Below, one piece after another: positions 17,390-26,434 of a stretch of DNA of 29,483 bases (position 1 is the first letter of the stretch; each line of letters starts with the position of its first letter). The position numbers and the translations under genes were made by a program. This DNA comes from a virus (Duplodnaviria; Caudoviricetes): positions 1 to 29,483 of the IMG/VR virus record IMGVR_UViG_3300025103_000104. The stretch is one strand, 5' to 3'. The notes beneath the pieces are model-generated. The model did no database searches. It worked only from the letters and a program-made list of their open reading frames with translations, and was not told where the DNA came from.

Positions 17390-18257
17390 TGTTATCCTCA
17401 AGGTATTGCGGATCAACAAACACGTAGTCTACCATTGGTGGTTCTTTAGCGTTAGACTTAACAGCAGGTAGTGTCTGCAGGTTAGCCCAACACTTATGTT
17501 TAAATGCACAGAAGCCACACTCACTACCCAGCTTTAGGTTACCTGTAGTCTTACGATAGTGAGTCTCAGGGATAGCCTCAAAGCAACGCTCAAACGGTTT
17601 GTCTTCATTGATGTGAGATACAGTAGCTTCGATTCGCTCAAGCACTTCATCAGTATCTACACTTGATGCATCTACATACTTAAACTCACCATTAGCTTTG
17701 TTCACTACCCACCAACCACCAACGCCTAGCTCTGCTGCAGTAGCGTAGCCGACTAGCTGTGGGATATACCCAAAGCCATCACCTTGTGCTAATGCTTCTA
17801 GGCTAGCAAACTTGTTCTTGTATGACCAAGGTGATGCAGACTTAACGTCATCCACTTTGCCATCCATAACCATGTCATACTCGCCGTTGATCTTAGTACC
17901 ATCACTAAGCTTGAGCGTAACGTTATCGTTGTCCTTGAAGTCAACATCAGCAGCACGAAGAAGACCTTTGAATACAGCCTCTACAATATCCCCAATGATC
18001 ATGTTTATCAGGAAGTGTGGGGGTAGAGGTGTTTTATCTTCTGGGTCATTCTTCTCAAACCACAACTGACAAGTCGGACGCCCAATGTTGGACATCCGTA
18101 GTTTAAACTTGTCACGTGGACCACTGCTGAACTGTTTCTTTAGTGCAGCCTCAACATCCGCAGCTACTTGCTTACGGTTGTCTTCAGCCATGTCTGTCTC
18201 ACCCTTAGTAGCACGTGCTAGGTAATCGTAGACAGCTAGTTCAGCATGATGGTTCAT
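17376..18257 (-). CDS. PD-(D/E)xK exonuclease, Cas4/AddB-like with four conserved-pattern Cys
   Basis: LRMSNIGRPTC, GEYD...DDVKS, QLVGY, C-terminal CGFCAFKHKC. Confidence 0.85.
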   Translation of the reverse strand: MNHHAELAVYDYLARATKGETDMAEDNRKQVAADVEAALKKQFSSGPRDKFKLRMSNIGRPTCQLWFEKNDPEDKTPLPPHFLINMIIGDIVEAVFKGLLRAADVDFKDNDNVTLKLSDGTKINGEYDMVMDGKVDDVKSASPWSYKNKFASLEALAQGDGFGYIPQLVGYATAAELGVGGWWVVNKANGEFKYVDASSVDTDEVLERIEATVSHINEDKPFERCFEAIPETHYRKTTGNLKLGSECGFCAFKHKCWANLQTLPAVKSNAKEPPMVDYVFVDPQYLEDNSDAA

Positions 18258-19126
18258 CAGTCTGCCTCTTCTACATTGACAAACGATGCTACAATAGATG
18301 CATCATCCTCAGAGATAGTCTCTTTGTTCTTTTCATCCCACTGCTGCAAGATGTAAGAGTTCTGATACTCAATGTAATCCATGAAGTCTTTCAGTGTAGT
18401 CTGATCTTCAGGGGTGATGTCTACCTTGTCACCTGCATTAAGCTTCATGATAGCGTAAGTGTTACCATTAGGTAGATGATCTTCATCCGCAGCCAGGTTA
18501 AACGTGTACTGAATAGGTAAGATATTCTTACTTGTCAGAGCAGTTAAAGCCCCGTCCAATGACTTAGTGCTTGAAGGTGGAACCTCACACACAAACGGCA
18601 CTGGATCAGTGATAGCATCTACAGGATTACCTGCTTCGTCAATGCAATCATTAGCAGTTAACATACCAAAGACAATCTTCTTACGCTTGATGCTACGGAT
18701 TAAGTCCTTTGTCTTCTCAGGTACAGAAGCCCAGTCTTCAATGTAACCAGACGGTCTACCTAAGTTAAACCCACCCATGTTATCCTTCAAGTCACCCTTT
18801 AGGTCAGTACTCATGACTGTTTTCATCATCTTATCTTCTGATGAATCCCACTTGCTCCACTGTTGACGTACAGCAAAGATGCGGATGTTAGGGTTGACGC
18901 TATAGACTACGTTGTCTTCCCCTTGTGTGATCTTGTATGACCCTGATGGTACTACCTCAGTCTTGACTGACTTGCCATTGACTTCGATGCTACCCATGAT
19001 GCCGTTGTGGATCAGGTTAACACGTGGTAGTGAGGCACTCTTTGTTTCACCCCCTGTGTTTGATACACCAATAGCTTCCGCTAAAGACATACCAAGATCG
19101 TTTTGAATTGCTAATTCTGTACTCAT
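18257..19126 (-). CDS. Probable single-stranded DNA-binding/annealing protein
   Basis: Sits between pol and exonuclease, has its own promoter, acidic C-terminus. Function inferred from position. Confidence 0.55.
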   Translation of the reverse strand: MSTELAIQNDLGMSLAEAIGVSNTGGETKSASLPRVNLIHNGIMGSIEVNGKSVKTEVVPSGSYKITQGEDNVVYSVNPNIRIFAVRQQWSKWDSSEDKMMKTVMSTDLKGDLKDNMGGFNLGRPSGYIEDWASVPEKTKDLIRSIKRKKIVFGMLTANDCIDEAGNPVDAITDPVPFVCEVPPSSTKSLDGALTALTSKNILPIQYTFNLAADEDHLPNGNTYAIMKLNAGDKVDITPEDQTTLKDFMDYIEYQNSYILQQWDEKNKETISEDDASIVASFVNVEEAD

Positions 19127-19161
19127 ACTTACTTCCTTTTTGTAAAGTTAAAAGATGCTTA

Positions 19162-19189
19162 GTTATACTCTAAACGTCAGTCATGTCAA
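19162..19189 (-). promoter_or_regulatory. sigma70-like promoter TTGACA-N16-TATAAC upstream of the SSB gene
   Basis: -35 at 19189-19184 inside the pol 3' end, -10 at 19167-19162. Confidence 0.7.
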
Positions 19190-21221
19190 GCCAATTATCA
19201 CCTAATTTTGCTTCTAATAATAGAGGCACATTCATGGTAACACCGTAAGCCTTTTCGACTAAAGAGTTTAGGTCTTCGTTCATATCCGTAATAGTCTGAA
19301 TCACTGCTTCAATCTCATCAGGGTGTACGTCAATGACCACTGAATCATGCACAGAATTAACTAAGCATGACTGCATATCCATCAGTCTACGTTCTATCTC
19401 ACACAATACAACAGGCACTACATCACCTGTAGCAAACCCCTGCACTGGATAGTTCTTGATCATCGTGAAGTGTGTCACGCTACCGTTGCTACGTCTTGTC
19501 ACATCAGGGAAAGCGTACTGTCTGCCACTCACATTAGTAATCTTATTCAGGCGTATTGCCTCACTCGCTAGCTTCTTATGCCACGCTGCTACGCCTTTGT
19601 ACTTCTGTGTGAAGTGTTCGTAGTATGCAGCTACAGCCTTACTTCTGCCATACCCTGTAGCCCCAAAGAGAGGAGCGAAGGTGTGGGGCTTAGCTTCTTG
19701 GCGTGACGTAGGTTCACCTGCATCAGTGATAACCTTTGCAGTGTAACTGTGTACGTCAAACCCTGTGTCAATCTCTTCCATAGCAGTCTGATCCTGTGAC
19801 AGGAATGCAGCGGCTCTAAATTCAAGCTGAGCAAAGTCGGCCTCACAAATCTTACCGCCAGACCACCTAGATATAAACACACGTTTTACTGGGAAGGTTC
19901 CCCCTCTTGGCATGTTTTGCATGTTGGGATTGCGTCCAGAGAATCTACCTGTACTGGTGATGTGTTGAGTGAGTCCCACGTGTAGCATTCCTGTGGTTGA
20001 CTTTCTATAAACATTAATCCCGTCAACAAAGCTACTAAGGTAACTAGAAATAGCAGAAAGCCTTTTAACATCAGTAAGAAAGTCCACAGCACTATCCATC
20101 CCGTTGTTCTTAGCAGTAGCAATGAGAGTGTCCAGGTTGTCTTTACTTGTGCTAAAACCATTAGCTGATACCCACTTCTTACTTGGTGCAGCGAAGCATA
20201 GACCAGCCACTTTGTTTATCTTCTTTAACTGATAGCCTCGTGCATCACAGTCCTTACAGTTGTTAGGCTTCTTAAAGAGTGAGCCATCCTTCTTTACTTT
20301 GTATGTCTTACCTTTCCCTTTACATGTAGGACAAGTGAAAGCCTTAGTGCGAAGAATCGTAGTAGAGTTTGCTGCAACTGCTGACTTAAACTCTTCCTGT
20401 GTTTCCACGTAATCAAAGAGCGCAGCCCATTCTTTTTTGTTATTTATTGCAACTGAGAACACAACCTGTGACATCTGTTCAGGTGAGTTAAGATTGATAG
20501 GTGTATCACCCATAAGATCCCTGACCTTGCGCTGTAGACGCTCTTCTATCTGTGCTTTCTCAGTCTGAAACTCTTTACGTACTACCTCAAGGGCGTTGTT
20601 ATCCACACTGAATCCTGACATATACATTCTTGTAAGGGCTTTACAGGTGGCGAAGGTGACTTCTCTGACTGGAAGAAGGGAGGTGGATTCTGGTTGGGCG
20701 TAGTCGTGTTCTTGACTGAGGAACAACTCACGAGTTGTGAGCAGGTCATGCCTAAGATAAAAGCTAAGCTCATTGAGAGGTATTTCATTTGTGTTATATC
20801 CTTCCTTAAAGTAACGCTTGAGCGTGTCATCCTTCTGGAAGTCTAGCTCTCTGCGTTCAGCACAAGCCTCTAACCCTACAGGTATCTTCTGTCCACGTGC
20901 AAGCAAATATTCTGCTAACATAGTGTCATAGATAGGGCCATCATACTTGTAGCCACATTCCCATAACCACATCAAGTCATGCTGTGCGTTGTGCATGATC
21001 AACAGAGTAGTCATGTCTAGGATAGACTGCAGCACGGCTCTACCGTTACCACTTGTATCCTTGTGCTCTACATGGTCTAGCGTAATGATGTTTTCGTTCT
21101 TCCAGTTATCTACATCAAGCACCCCCACTTGTGTTAAGCTGTTGCCTAACTCGAATGGGTCCATGATAGTCTTGCCATCACGTTTAGTTGTTGTGTTCTC
21201 TACATCCAATACATTACGCAA
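19170..21221 (-). CDS. polA: Family A DNA polymerase with 3'-5' exonuclease and DnaJ-like Zn-finger insertion
   Basis: ExoI LDVE, HNAQHDL, YDTM; TGRFS...PNMQN; motif A DFAQLE; motif B RQEAKPHTFAPLFG; motif C VHDS; insert CPTCKGKG...CKDCDARG. Start likely TTG 21221 (GGAG upstream); the track uses 21239. Confidence 0.96.
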   Translation of the reverse strand: MRNVLDVENTTTKRDGKTIMDPFELGNSLTQVGVLDVDNWKNENIITLDHVEHKDTSGNGRAVLQSILDMTTLLIMHNAQHDLMWLWECGYKYDGPIYDTMLAEYLLARGQKIPVGLEACAERRELDFQKDDTLKRYFKEGYNTNEIPLNELSFYLRHDLLTTRELFLSQEHDYAQPESTSLLPVREVTFATCKALTRMYMSGFSVDNNALEVVRKEFQTEKAQIEERLQRKVRDLMGDTPINLNSPEQMSQVVFSVAINNKKEWAALFDYVETQEEFKSAVAANSTTILRTKAFTCPTCKGKGKTYKVKKDGSLFKKPNNCKDCDARGYQLKKINKVAGLCFAAPSKKWVSANGFSTSKDNLDTLIATAKNNGMDSAVDFLTDVKRLSAISSYLSSFVDGINVYRKSTTGMLHVGLTQHITSTGRFSGRNPNMQNMPRGGTFPVKRVFISRWSGGKICEADFAQLEFRAAAFLSQDQTAMEEIDTGFDVHSYTAKVITDAGEPTSRQEAKPHTFAPLFGATGYGRSKAVAAYYEHFTQKYKGVAAWHKKLASEAIRLNKITNVSGRQYAFPDVTRRSNGSVTHFTMIKNYPVQGFATGDVVPVVLCEIERRLMDMQSCLVNSVHDSVVIDVHPDEIEAVIQTITDMNEDLNSLVEKAYGVTMNVPLLLEAKLGDNWLDMTDV

Positions 21222-22443
21222 GATACTGACTCCGTTCACCGTCTAACTCACAATGTACTACGCCATGCCAGCCACCCTTGAGTTTGTTCTTGGCAATGTT
21301 GAGGTGGCGTTGATTACTTTCTTCATCATCCTGGCCTTCGACTAGCTTGTTCTTAGAGATCAATACCATCAGGTCAGCCTCTGCTGCCTTGCCTGTCTTC
21401 GATCCTTCTAGCATAGACTGATCTACACGTACCATACCTTCAGCCACAGCACTCAACTGCGACATCCATATGATAGCACAACCGTATTGCTTAGCTATGT
21501 TACGTGCATGGATAGCCGCTTCCTTGAGGTACACATCTGACTTGTCGCTAGTCTTGTTAGCAAACTTGTCACCCATATCTAAAACTACGATGTTAGGCTC
21601 ATATGCTTTTACAACTGCCTCTACCCATGACATGTCCTTGCCTGTACTATCCTTAACAAAAATGTTCTTACGTACAGGTTCATAACGTAGTGCAGCCTGT
21701 GCCATGTTAGCTTTAACTTCTTCCATGCTCATACTGGTAGCCGCACTGAGGTAACGTGCACCTACACGCTCATAGCTTTCTTCATTACACAGGATCATAC
21801 ACTTAGCACCTTGATGTGCAAAACCATCTGGCGCTGCGATAGTGCTAGCATGGAAGCTGGTCTTACCTGTGTTAGGACGTGCACCTACAACAACTAAGTG
21901 TCCACCACTGATACCCTCAACCTTACGGCGCAGGGATGGTATGTTCCACTTCCATTGTGATTGTATGTCGTTAGCTTCAAGTAAAGTATCAATGTCCATG
22001 TCATCCCACTCTATCTTTAGGTTAGGCATGAAGTCATCTTGATAGTCACGTATCAAACTACGTAGTGGTTCCAGCGTATCCTTTGTGCCATTCACGTAGT
22101 CAAAGCCAAGGTTAGCTATCTCTTCACCTACTACCTGTTGAAACAACTTAGACAATACATCCGTAGCTATATCAGTGTTAAGCGGTTTCTCTTTAGCAAT
22201 CTTGTGGAACAGGTCACGATAAGCTTCCTTATTAGCTGTAGTCATGCTGTTGTTGCCAGCATAGAATAACGCTTCTAGTTCTGATGGATTCAGCGTCTTC
22301 TCATACGTGTTCATAGCATAGTCTAGCGTCTGCTTGATCTTACGTACATCTTTAGTGAATATCTTATCAGGGCAACGGATGCCCTTGTGGTTATCATAGA
22401 ACTCTTTGTCCATAAGTGTACGGATAAGTGCTAGTTCCATCAT
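21214..22443 (-). CDS. DnaB/T7 gp4-like replicative helicase
   Basis: GARPNTGKT Walker A, NEE, VVLDM, SQL, EADL, IAKNK. GAGGAG RBS. Confidence 0.93.
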   Translation of the reverse strand: MMELALIRTLMDKEFYDNHKGIRCPDKIFTKDVRKIKQTLDYAMNTYEKTLNPSELEALFYAGNNSMTTANKEAYRDLFHKIAKEKPLNTDIATDVLSKLFQQVVGEEIANLGFDYVNGTKDTLEPLRSLIRDYQDDFMPNLKIEWDDMDIDTLLEANDIQSQWKWNIPSLRRKVEGISGGHLVVVGARPNTGKTSFHASTIAAPDGFAHQGAKCMILCNEESYERVGARYLSAATSMSMEEVKANMAQAALRYEPVRKNIFVKDSTGKDMSWVEAVVKAYEPNIVVLDMGDKFANKTSDKSDVYLKEAAIHARNIAKQYGCAIIWMSQLSAVAEGMVRVDQSMLEGSKTGKAAEADLMVLISKNKLVEGQDDEESNQRHLNIAKNKLKGGWHGVVHCELDGERSQYLA

Positions 22444-22467
22444 ATTGTGTCTCCTCTAAGACTGTGG

Positions 22468-22632
22468 CTAGGCGTACTCTTTCTTATTAATGTACTGCCT
22501 ATCCTGTATTTCCTTCTGTAAGTATGCAATCTCACACTGGATCAACTTACGCTCATAAGCTTCAAGCTTAGGGTGTTGTAACCTAGCCCACCACTTCTGT
22601 AGTTCTACTTGTAGTTCTTTAACTGAAGTCAT
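22468..22632 (-). CDS. Small coiled-coil hypothetical protein
   Basis: MTSVKELQVE...; AAGGAG RBS before ATG 22632, overlapping the upstream stop. Confidence 0.7.
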   Translation of the reverse strand: MTSVKELQVELQKWWARLQHPKLEAYERKLIQCEIAYLQKEIQDRQYINKKEYA

Positions 22633-22835
22633 TTCACATCTCCTTGTGACCAATAGTCCCAGCTTTCTATGTGCCCACCGTCATACACAGAGTCAAGTGC
22701 GTTGTCAAACTTTTTATTATTGATGTACACTCGACACGCTTCCAGTACTTCATCAACAGACAGGTCAACGTAGACATGACCAAGCGGTACACGTGTATCA
22801 ACGATTGCGGTTTTTGGGGTTGGCGAATCTGGCAT
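22629..22835 (-). CDS. Hypothetical phage protein
   Basis: 68-aa ORF with AAGGAG RBS. Confidence 0.7.
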   Translation of the reverse strand: MPDSPTPKTAIVDTRVPLGHVYVDLSVDEVLEACRVYINNKKFDNALDSVYDGGHIESWDYWSQGDVK

Positions 22836-23049
22836 AGAATGCTCCTTCTGGTGATTTGAGTGCAGCCATAATATCTAGTAGCTGCTGATATGTTATAGAG
22901 ATAATCTCGTGTCTGTTAAACTCTTCAGTAAACTGACGTATAAATACAACATCATCCTCTCCAATGATAACCTCTACATCTTCACATATATTCGATTCAT
23001 CTAGTGAATTAATAATAGCTGCATCAGGTTCAAACTCTACAGTGTACAT
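22798..23049 (-). CDS. Hypothetical phage protein
   Basis: MYTVEFEPD...; start 23049 is TAATG-coupled to the upstream small gene. Confidence 0.75.
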   Translation of the reverse strand: MYTVEFEPDAAIINSLDESNICEDVEVIIGEDDVVFIRQFTEEFNRHEIISITYQQLLDIMAALKSPEGAFYARFANPKNRNR

Positions 23050-23204
23050 TAGTTCTCTTTCACTCCTATGCATGGTAGTAAGATAGACAGCTTACAGTAC
23101 TTAGGATATTCGTCATACGTCATAGCTATCAAAACAGGTGGCGCAGCTATAAGTAAAGCTACAATAGCTGACGCCTTAATTGCACCGTTAATGTTACCTC
23201 TCAT
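23049..23204 (-). CDS. 51-aa membrane peptide (not in ORF track)
   Basis: MRGNINGAIKASAIVALLIAAPPVLIAMTYDEYPKYCKLSILLPCIGVKEN. TAATG overlaps at both ends; GGGAG RBS. Confidence 0.75.
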   Translation of the reverse strand: MRGNINGAIKASAIVALLIAAPPVLIAMTYDEYPKYCKLSILLPCIGVKEN

Positions 23205-23872
23205 TAGTCATTCTCCCTTAATGCTCTCCACGACACAGGGAACAGGTCAACCATAATACAGTCAATCTCCCATGCTACCTCTGCTGTCTCTGCTTGTGTG
23301 TCAGGCGCACAGCGAAGCTTACACATGTCAGCAAACGCATCCAAGCTACCTGACCAATACCACTCAGTCATCATAGACTGTGGCAATACCGTACGTGCTT
23401 GCTCTGGACATACACCCTTCTCAAGCAACTCTTTGTAGTCGTGTAGACAAACTTTGTGACAACTTTCAAGTAATAAGTCCATATCCTCATCATACCACTC
23501 GCCAGTACTACCTTGCTTCTTATCCTCACTACGTCCACGCCAAGACTTAGGCACGTAAAACTCAGGCTCGTGATCTACGTATCTTCTTGATACTTCATTC
23601 CAGCGCAGAAACTTATGCTTGACTAGCTGTCTAGCTACAAAGACTGGAGCCTTGATATGGAAGCTGGCAAAGCAATGCCCGAATGGGCTGATATGTTTGT
23701 GCTTGGCTAGATATTGAATCAACTTCTTATCCCTAGCTTTCATGTGTTGTTTGAAGCTGTAAGCATCTGACTCTTCATAGTCCCACTCACTCTCCTTGCC
23801 AAAGCTTACTCGTGCAGCATTGACTACAGTCAAGTCGTTACCCATGCTACCTTTATATGTTACTTCAATCAT
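23204..23872 (-). CDS. thyX: Flavin-dependent thymidylate synthase
   Basis: VVNAARVSF, HISPF.H, PVFVARQLVKH....NEVSRRY, EQARTVLPQ, CKLR....Q.E. Confidence 0.95.
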   Translation of the reverse strand: MIEVTYKGSMGNDLTVVNAARVSFGKESEWDYEESDAYSFKQHMKARDKKLIQYLAKHKHISPFGHCFASFHIKAPVFVARQLVKHKFLRWNEVSRRYVDHEPEFYVPKSWRGRSEDKKQGSTGEWYDEDMDLLLESCHKVCLHDYKELLEKGVCPEQARTVLPQSMMTEWYWSGSLDAFADMCKLRCAPDTQAETAEVAWEIDCIMVDLFPVSWRALREND

Positions 23873-24657
23873 GTCATCTCCTTAAGTTTCATTATATCGG
23901 ACTCTACCTTATACTTCAGGTCATCGTCAAGTCGTAGTGCTCTTGTGTCTAACCCTGTCCAAGCCTCTATCTCTCGCTTGTATGCCAAGGTCTTGTGTGA
24001 AGCATCAGGGTCAAGCGCTACAATAATCCTGTAAAAACCATCTAAATGTTTCATCATAGTAACATTAAGTGATGTACCAAGTATAGCAATACCTGTCAGT
24101 CCTGGCACAAGTCTAGCTGCTGTAACTGCACTGATGACATCCTCTACCAGTAAAGCTATACCGTTGGACTTACCTACTGTACGTCTGTATACATCAGCTA
24201 CCCCACTGTAACGATACCACTTTGGTATAGCTCCATCTAACGCACGTCCTACAGCATCTATAAGCCTACCATTATGTCGTATTGGGAACACAGTTCGTCG
24301 GTCTTTGACATCATACATCAAGTCTTCGTACTCTAAGTCCCAGCGCTTGACAAACTTAGTGTGCAGTGAATGCTCTGCGCTGGGCGCTACCACATGTTCA
24401 GACCACGTAAGCAACTCTTGCTCCTCTTTCTTTTGTTTGTCTTGTGGGCGTAACCTAGTCATGATCTCTGATACTGTCATGCCTGTACTAGCAGCACCTC
24501 TGATGCGACAGTCAAGCTTGTAACAGTTATACAACACAACGCCATCCTCTTTGGTAGCAGTGAATGTGTTCTTACCACCACACCAAGGGCAGTTAGAGCG
24601 ATGCTGTATTCCTTCTTTAATATCAAGACCTTCTATGTAGTTCTTAATGTTCTGCAT
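23869..24657 (-). CDS. DNA primase (Zn-binding + TOPRIM)
   Basis: CPWCGG...NCYKLDC zinc domain, VFPI, GRAL, LVED, ALDPDA. Confidence 0.9.
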   Translation of the reverse strand: MQNIKNYIEGLDIKEGIQHRSNCPWCGGKNTFTATKEDGVVLYNCYKLDCRIRGAASTGMTVSEIMTRLRPQDKQKKEEQELLTWSEHVVAPSAEHSLHTKFVKRWDLEYEDLMYDVKDRRTVFPIRHNGRLIDAVGRALDGAIPKWYRYSGVADVYRRTVGKSNGIALLVEDVISAVTAARLVPGLTGIAILGTSLNVTMMKHLDGFYRIIVALDPDASHKTLAYKREIEAWTGLDTRALRLDDDLKYKVESDIMKLKEMT

Positions 24658-25009
24658 TAGCTTGATCCCAGTAAGCTTTCTCTTCTTCCGTTGTCTTGTA
24701 GTAAGTTTCCATAAAATGTTCTATACCATCAGAGTGATAGTGTTTATTACGCTTATCACTACCCCACCTACCTGTTGTGTAGTAGTATGAATACCTTTTA
24801 CTGTATCTGTTCTTAGGTTCTTTATCCTGATAAATAAACATAAGTGCTTGCTTTTCGTGTACATAATAAGCAACACCTTTATTATCTAGGTATTCTTTTA
24901 CGTACTCTAGTGTTTGACCTGTATACTTCCTGAACTTAGGCTCACCTTTTGAGTTACGTCCTACATAAGTCCAACCCTTTTCTTCTTCTTCAAAAGTAAC
25001 TTCACTCAT
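24644..25009 (-). CDS. Hypothetical Tyr/Lys-rich phage protein
   Basis: MSEVTFEEEE...; GAGGAG RBS before ATG 25009. Confidence 0.75.
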   Translation of the reverse strand: MSEVTFEEEEKGWTYVGRNSKGEPKFRKYTGQTLEYVKEYLDNKGVAYYVHEKQALMFIYQDKEPKNRYSKRYSYYYTTGRWGSDKRNKHYHSDGIEHFMETYYKTTEEEKAYWDQANAEH

Positions 25010-25910
25010 TGTTAACTCCTCTTTTAGATAGTGCAGTCTTAGCACCAGTGAATGTATTAACCATGTATGGTCTTACTGAATCAGGGCTACGGTGTCCACT
25101 GACTTGCATGATGTGAGCCAGGTCAGCACCACCCTCTACCATCTCAGTGATAGCAGTGCGGCGTAAGTCCATAGCAGTGATATTCTTTGGTAGTCCAGCA
25201 GCATCCTTGACTTCATTGATAGCACCATCAATCTGATCTACTGGATAAGGCACATAAGCTCCTGCTACAGGCGTGGTTTTAGGTGTTACGTAGGTCTGGA
25301 ACCCAAAGTCTTCCTTCTGCTGCTGTAGCATGGCACACAGAGCCTCTGAGATAGGTAAATGAACGTCTGCTCCACGCTTACTTTGTGTTAGGTCTATGCG
25401 CTGAGCATTTAAGTCTACCTTATCCCAAGTCAGAACACGCATGTCACCTACACGTTGAGCTAGATCGTAAGACATGTGAACGATCAACCCAATGCTGCGC
25501 CACTTAAAGTCAGAGTATGCAGCATCAAGAAACTGATAGACTTGATCACGTGTCCACTTCACCTTGCGTGGCTTGTCTGATTCAGTCTTGATAAGTCGCA
25601 CAGGATCGTTCTCAATAATGTCAAACCTCATGCAGTGCTTCCACGCTGCGCTGAGTGCAGACTTGCGATAGTTTGCTGTGCGAATGCCAACCTTTAGCCA
25701 ATCCTGGTATGCTTGATTAGTGTGTCGAGCCTTGAGTGTCCTAGCTTGGTAGTCTTCTAAGCGTTTACCTTCTATGCGTGTATCTAATGCACACTCTAAA
25801 TGCTTTTCGTATTGCTTCTGTGTTGTGCCTGATAGTTTAGCAAAGGCTGTGCTGTTTAGGTAGAACGCTACTAGCTCTCCAACCTTGGCTCTTCTTTTTG
25901 GCATAACCAT
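25002..25910 (-). CDS. int: Tyrosine integrase/recombinase
   Basis: Catalytic QRVGD (R), QSKR (K), DLRRT (H replaced, R kept), SGH, and terminal Y in VRPY. Confidence 0.92.
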   Translation of the reverse strand: MVMPKRRAKVGELVAFYLNSTAFAKLSGTTQKQYEKHLECALDTRIEGKRLEDYQARTLKARHTNQAYQDWLKVGIRTANYRKSALSAAWKHCMRFDIIENDPVRLIKTESDKPRKVKWTRDQVYQFLDAAYSDFKWRSIGLIVHMSYDLAQRVGDMRVLTWDKVDLNAQRIDLTQSKRGADVHLPISEALCAMLQQQKEDFGFQTYVTPKTTPVAGAYVPYPVDQIDGAINEVKDAAGLPKNITAMDLRRTAITEMVEGGADLAHIMQVSGHRSPDSVRPYMVNTFTGAKTALSKRGVNNE

Positions 25911-25911
25911 C

Positions 25912-26166
25912 TTACCACTTCCTTCTTGTCTTCCAGTAAACCCAACACTCTAAGCAATGACCCTTGCCTAAGAATATGTCAATCAGAAATACTACGTTGG
26001 GTTTACTCTCTCTTTGCCACTGGTGGTTTCTTGCGCTGAATGTCTGGTTGTTGCTGCCGCCTAGCAGTACGTTTATCAGAACGCTCAGCGCTGTTAGTAT
26101 TCTCTTCAAGTATCTTCCCAATCCAGTGCGCGGATTCATCATGTGGGTCATCCTTATCTGTTCCAT
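25912..26166 (-). CDS. Small membrane-associated phage protein
   Basis: ILTALSVLINVLLGG...TFSAR...GHC pattern seen in many small phage proteins. AGGAG RBS upstream. Confidence 0.7.
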   Translation of the reverse strand: MEQIRMTHMMNPRTGLGRYLKRILTALSVLINVLLGGSNNQTFSARNHQWQRESKPNVVFLIDIFLGKGHCLECWVYWKTRRKW

Positions 26167-26169
26167 GTG

Positions 26170-26280
26170 TCAATCTAAGGCTCCTATATAAACTAAAAAG
26201 ATATACAAGAAGGGGGCCAGGATATAAAGGGATATACCCCAGCGCAACACTTCCTCAAAACATTGGATAATAAACTTCAC
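26170..26280 (-). CDS. 36-aa single-TM peptide (not in ORF track)
   Basis: GTG start: MKFIIQCFEEVLRWGISLYILAPFLYIFLVYIGALD. Fills the gap. Confidence 0.5.
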   Translation of the reverse strand: MKFIIQCFEEVLRWGISLYILAPFLYIFLVYIGALD

Positions 26281-26434
26281 CTTTATCCATCTCTTTCTTT
26301 ACATGTTCTAACTCAGCACGTAGGTAATGTGTATCTTCATTGTCACCCATCCAATCAGCATCATCAATCTGTTGCTGTAACTCATTGTGATAACGATGGA
26401 TGTTCTTAAGGTTTTCTATATTGTACTTAGGCAT
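26255..26434 (-). CDS. 59-aa hypothetical protein (not in ORF track)
   Basis: MPKYNIENLKNIHRYHNELQQQIDDADWMGDNEDTHYLRAELEHVKKEMDKGEVYYPMF. GGAG RBS. Confidence 0.75.
   Translation of the reverse strand: MPKYNIENLKNIHRYHNELQQQIDDADWMGDNEDTHYLRAELEHVKKEMDKGEVYYPMF

Noticed and set aside
19148-19162. CtrA-like TTAA-N7-TTAG next to the SSB promoter
   Set aside because: Imperfect single match in AT-rich DNA; not distinguishable from chance without conservation data.
19631-21246. Same-strand alternative-frame ORFs within the polymerase, suggesting frameshift, intron or intein
   Set aside because: The polymerase is continuous from ExoI to motif C, with no intein termini or intron-sized interruption.
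23025-23040. CAGGTTCAAAC as a tRNA T-loop or attP core
   Set aside because: Short match inside a coding region with no T-stem or acceptor-stem continuation.
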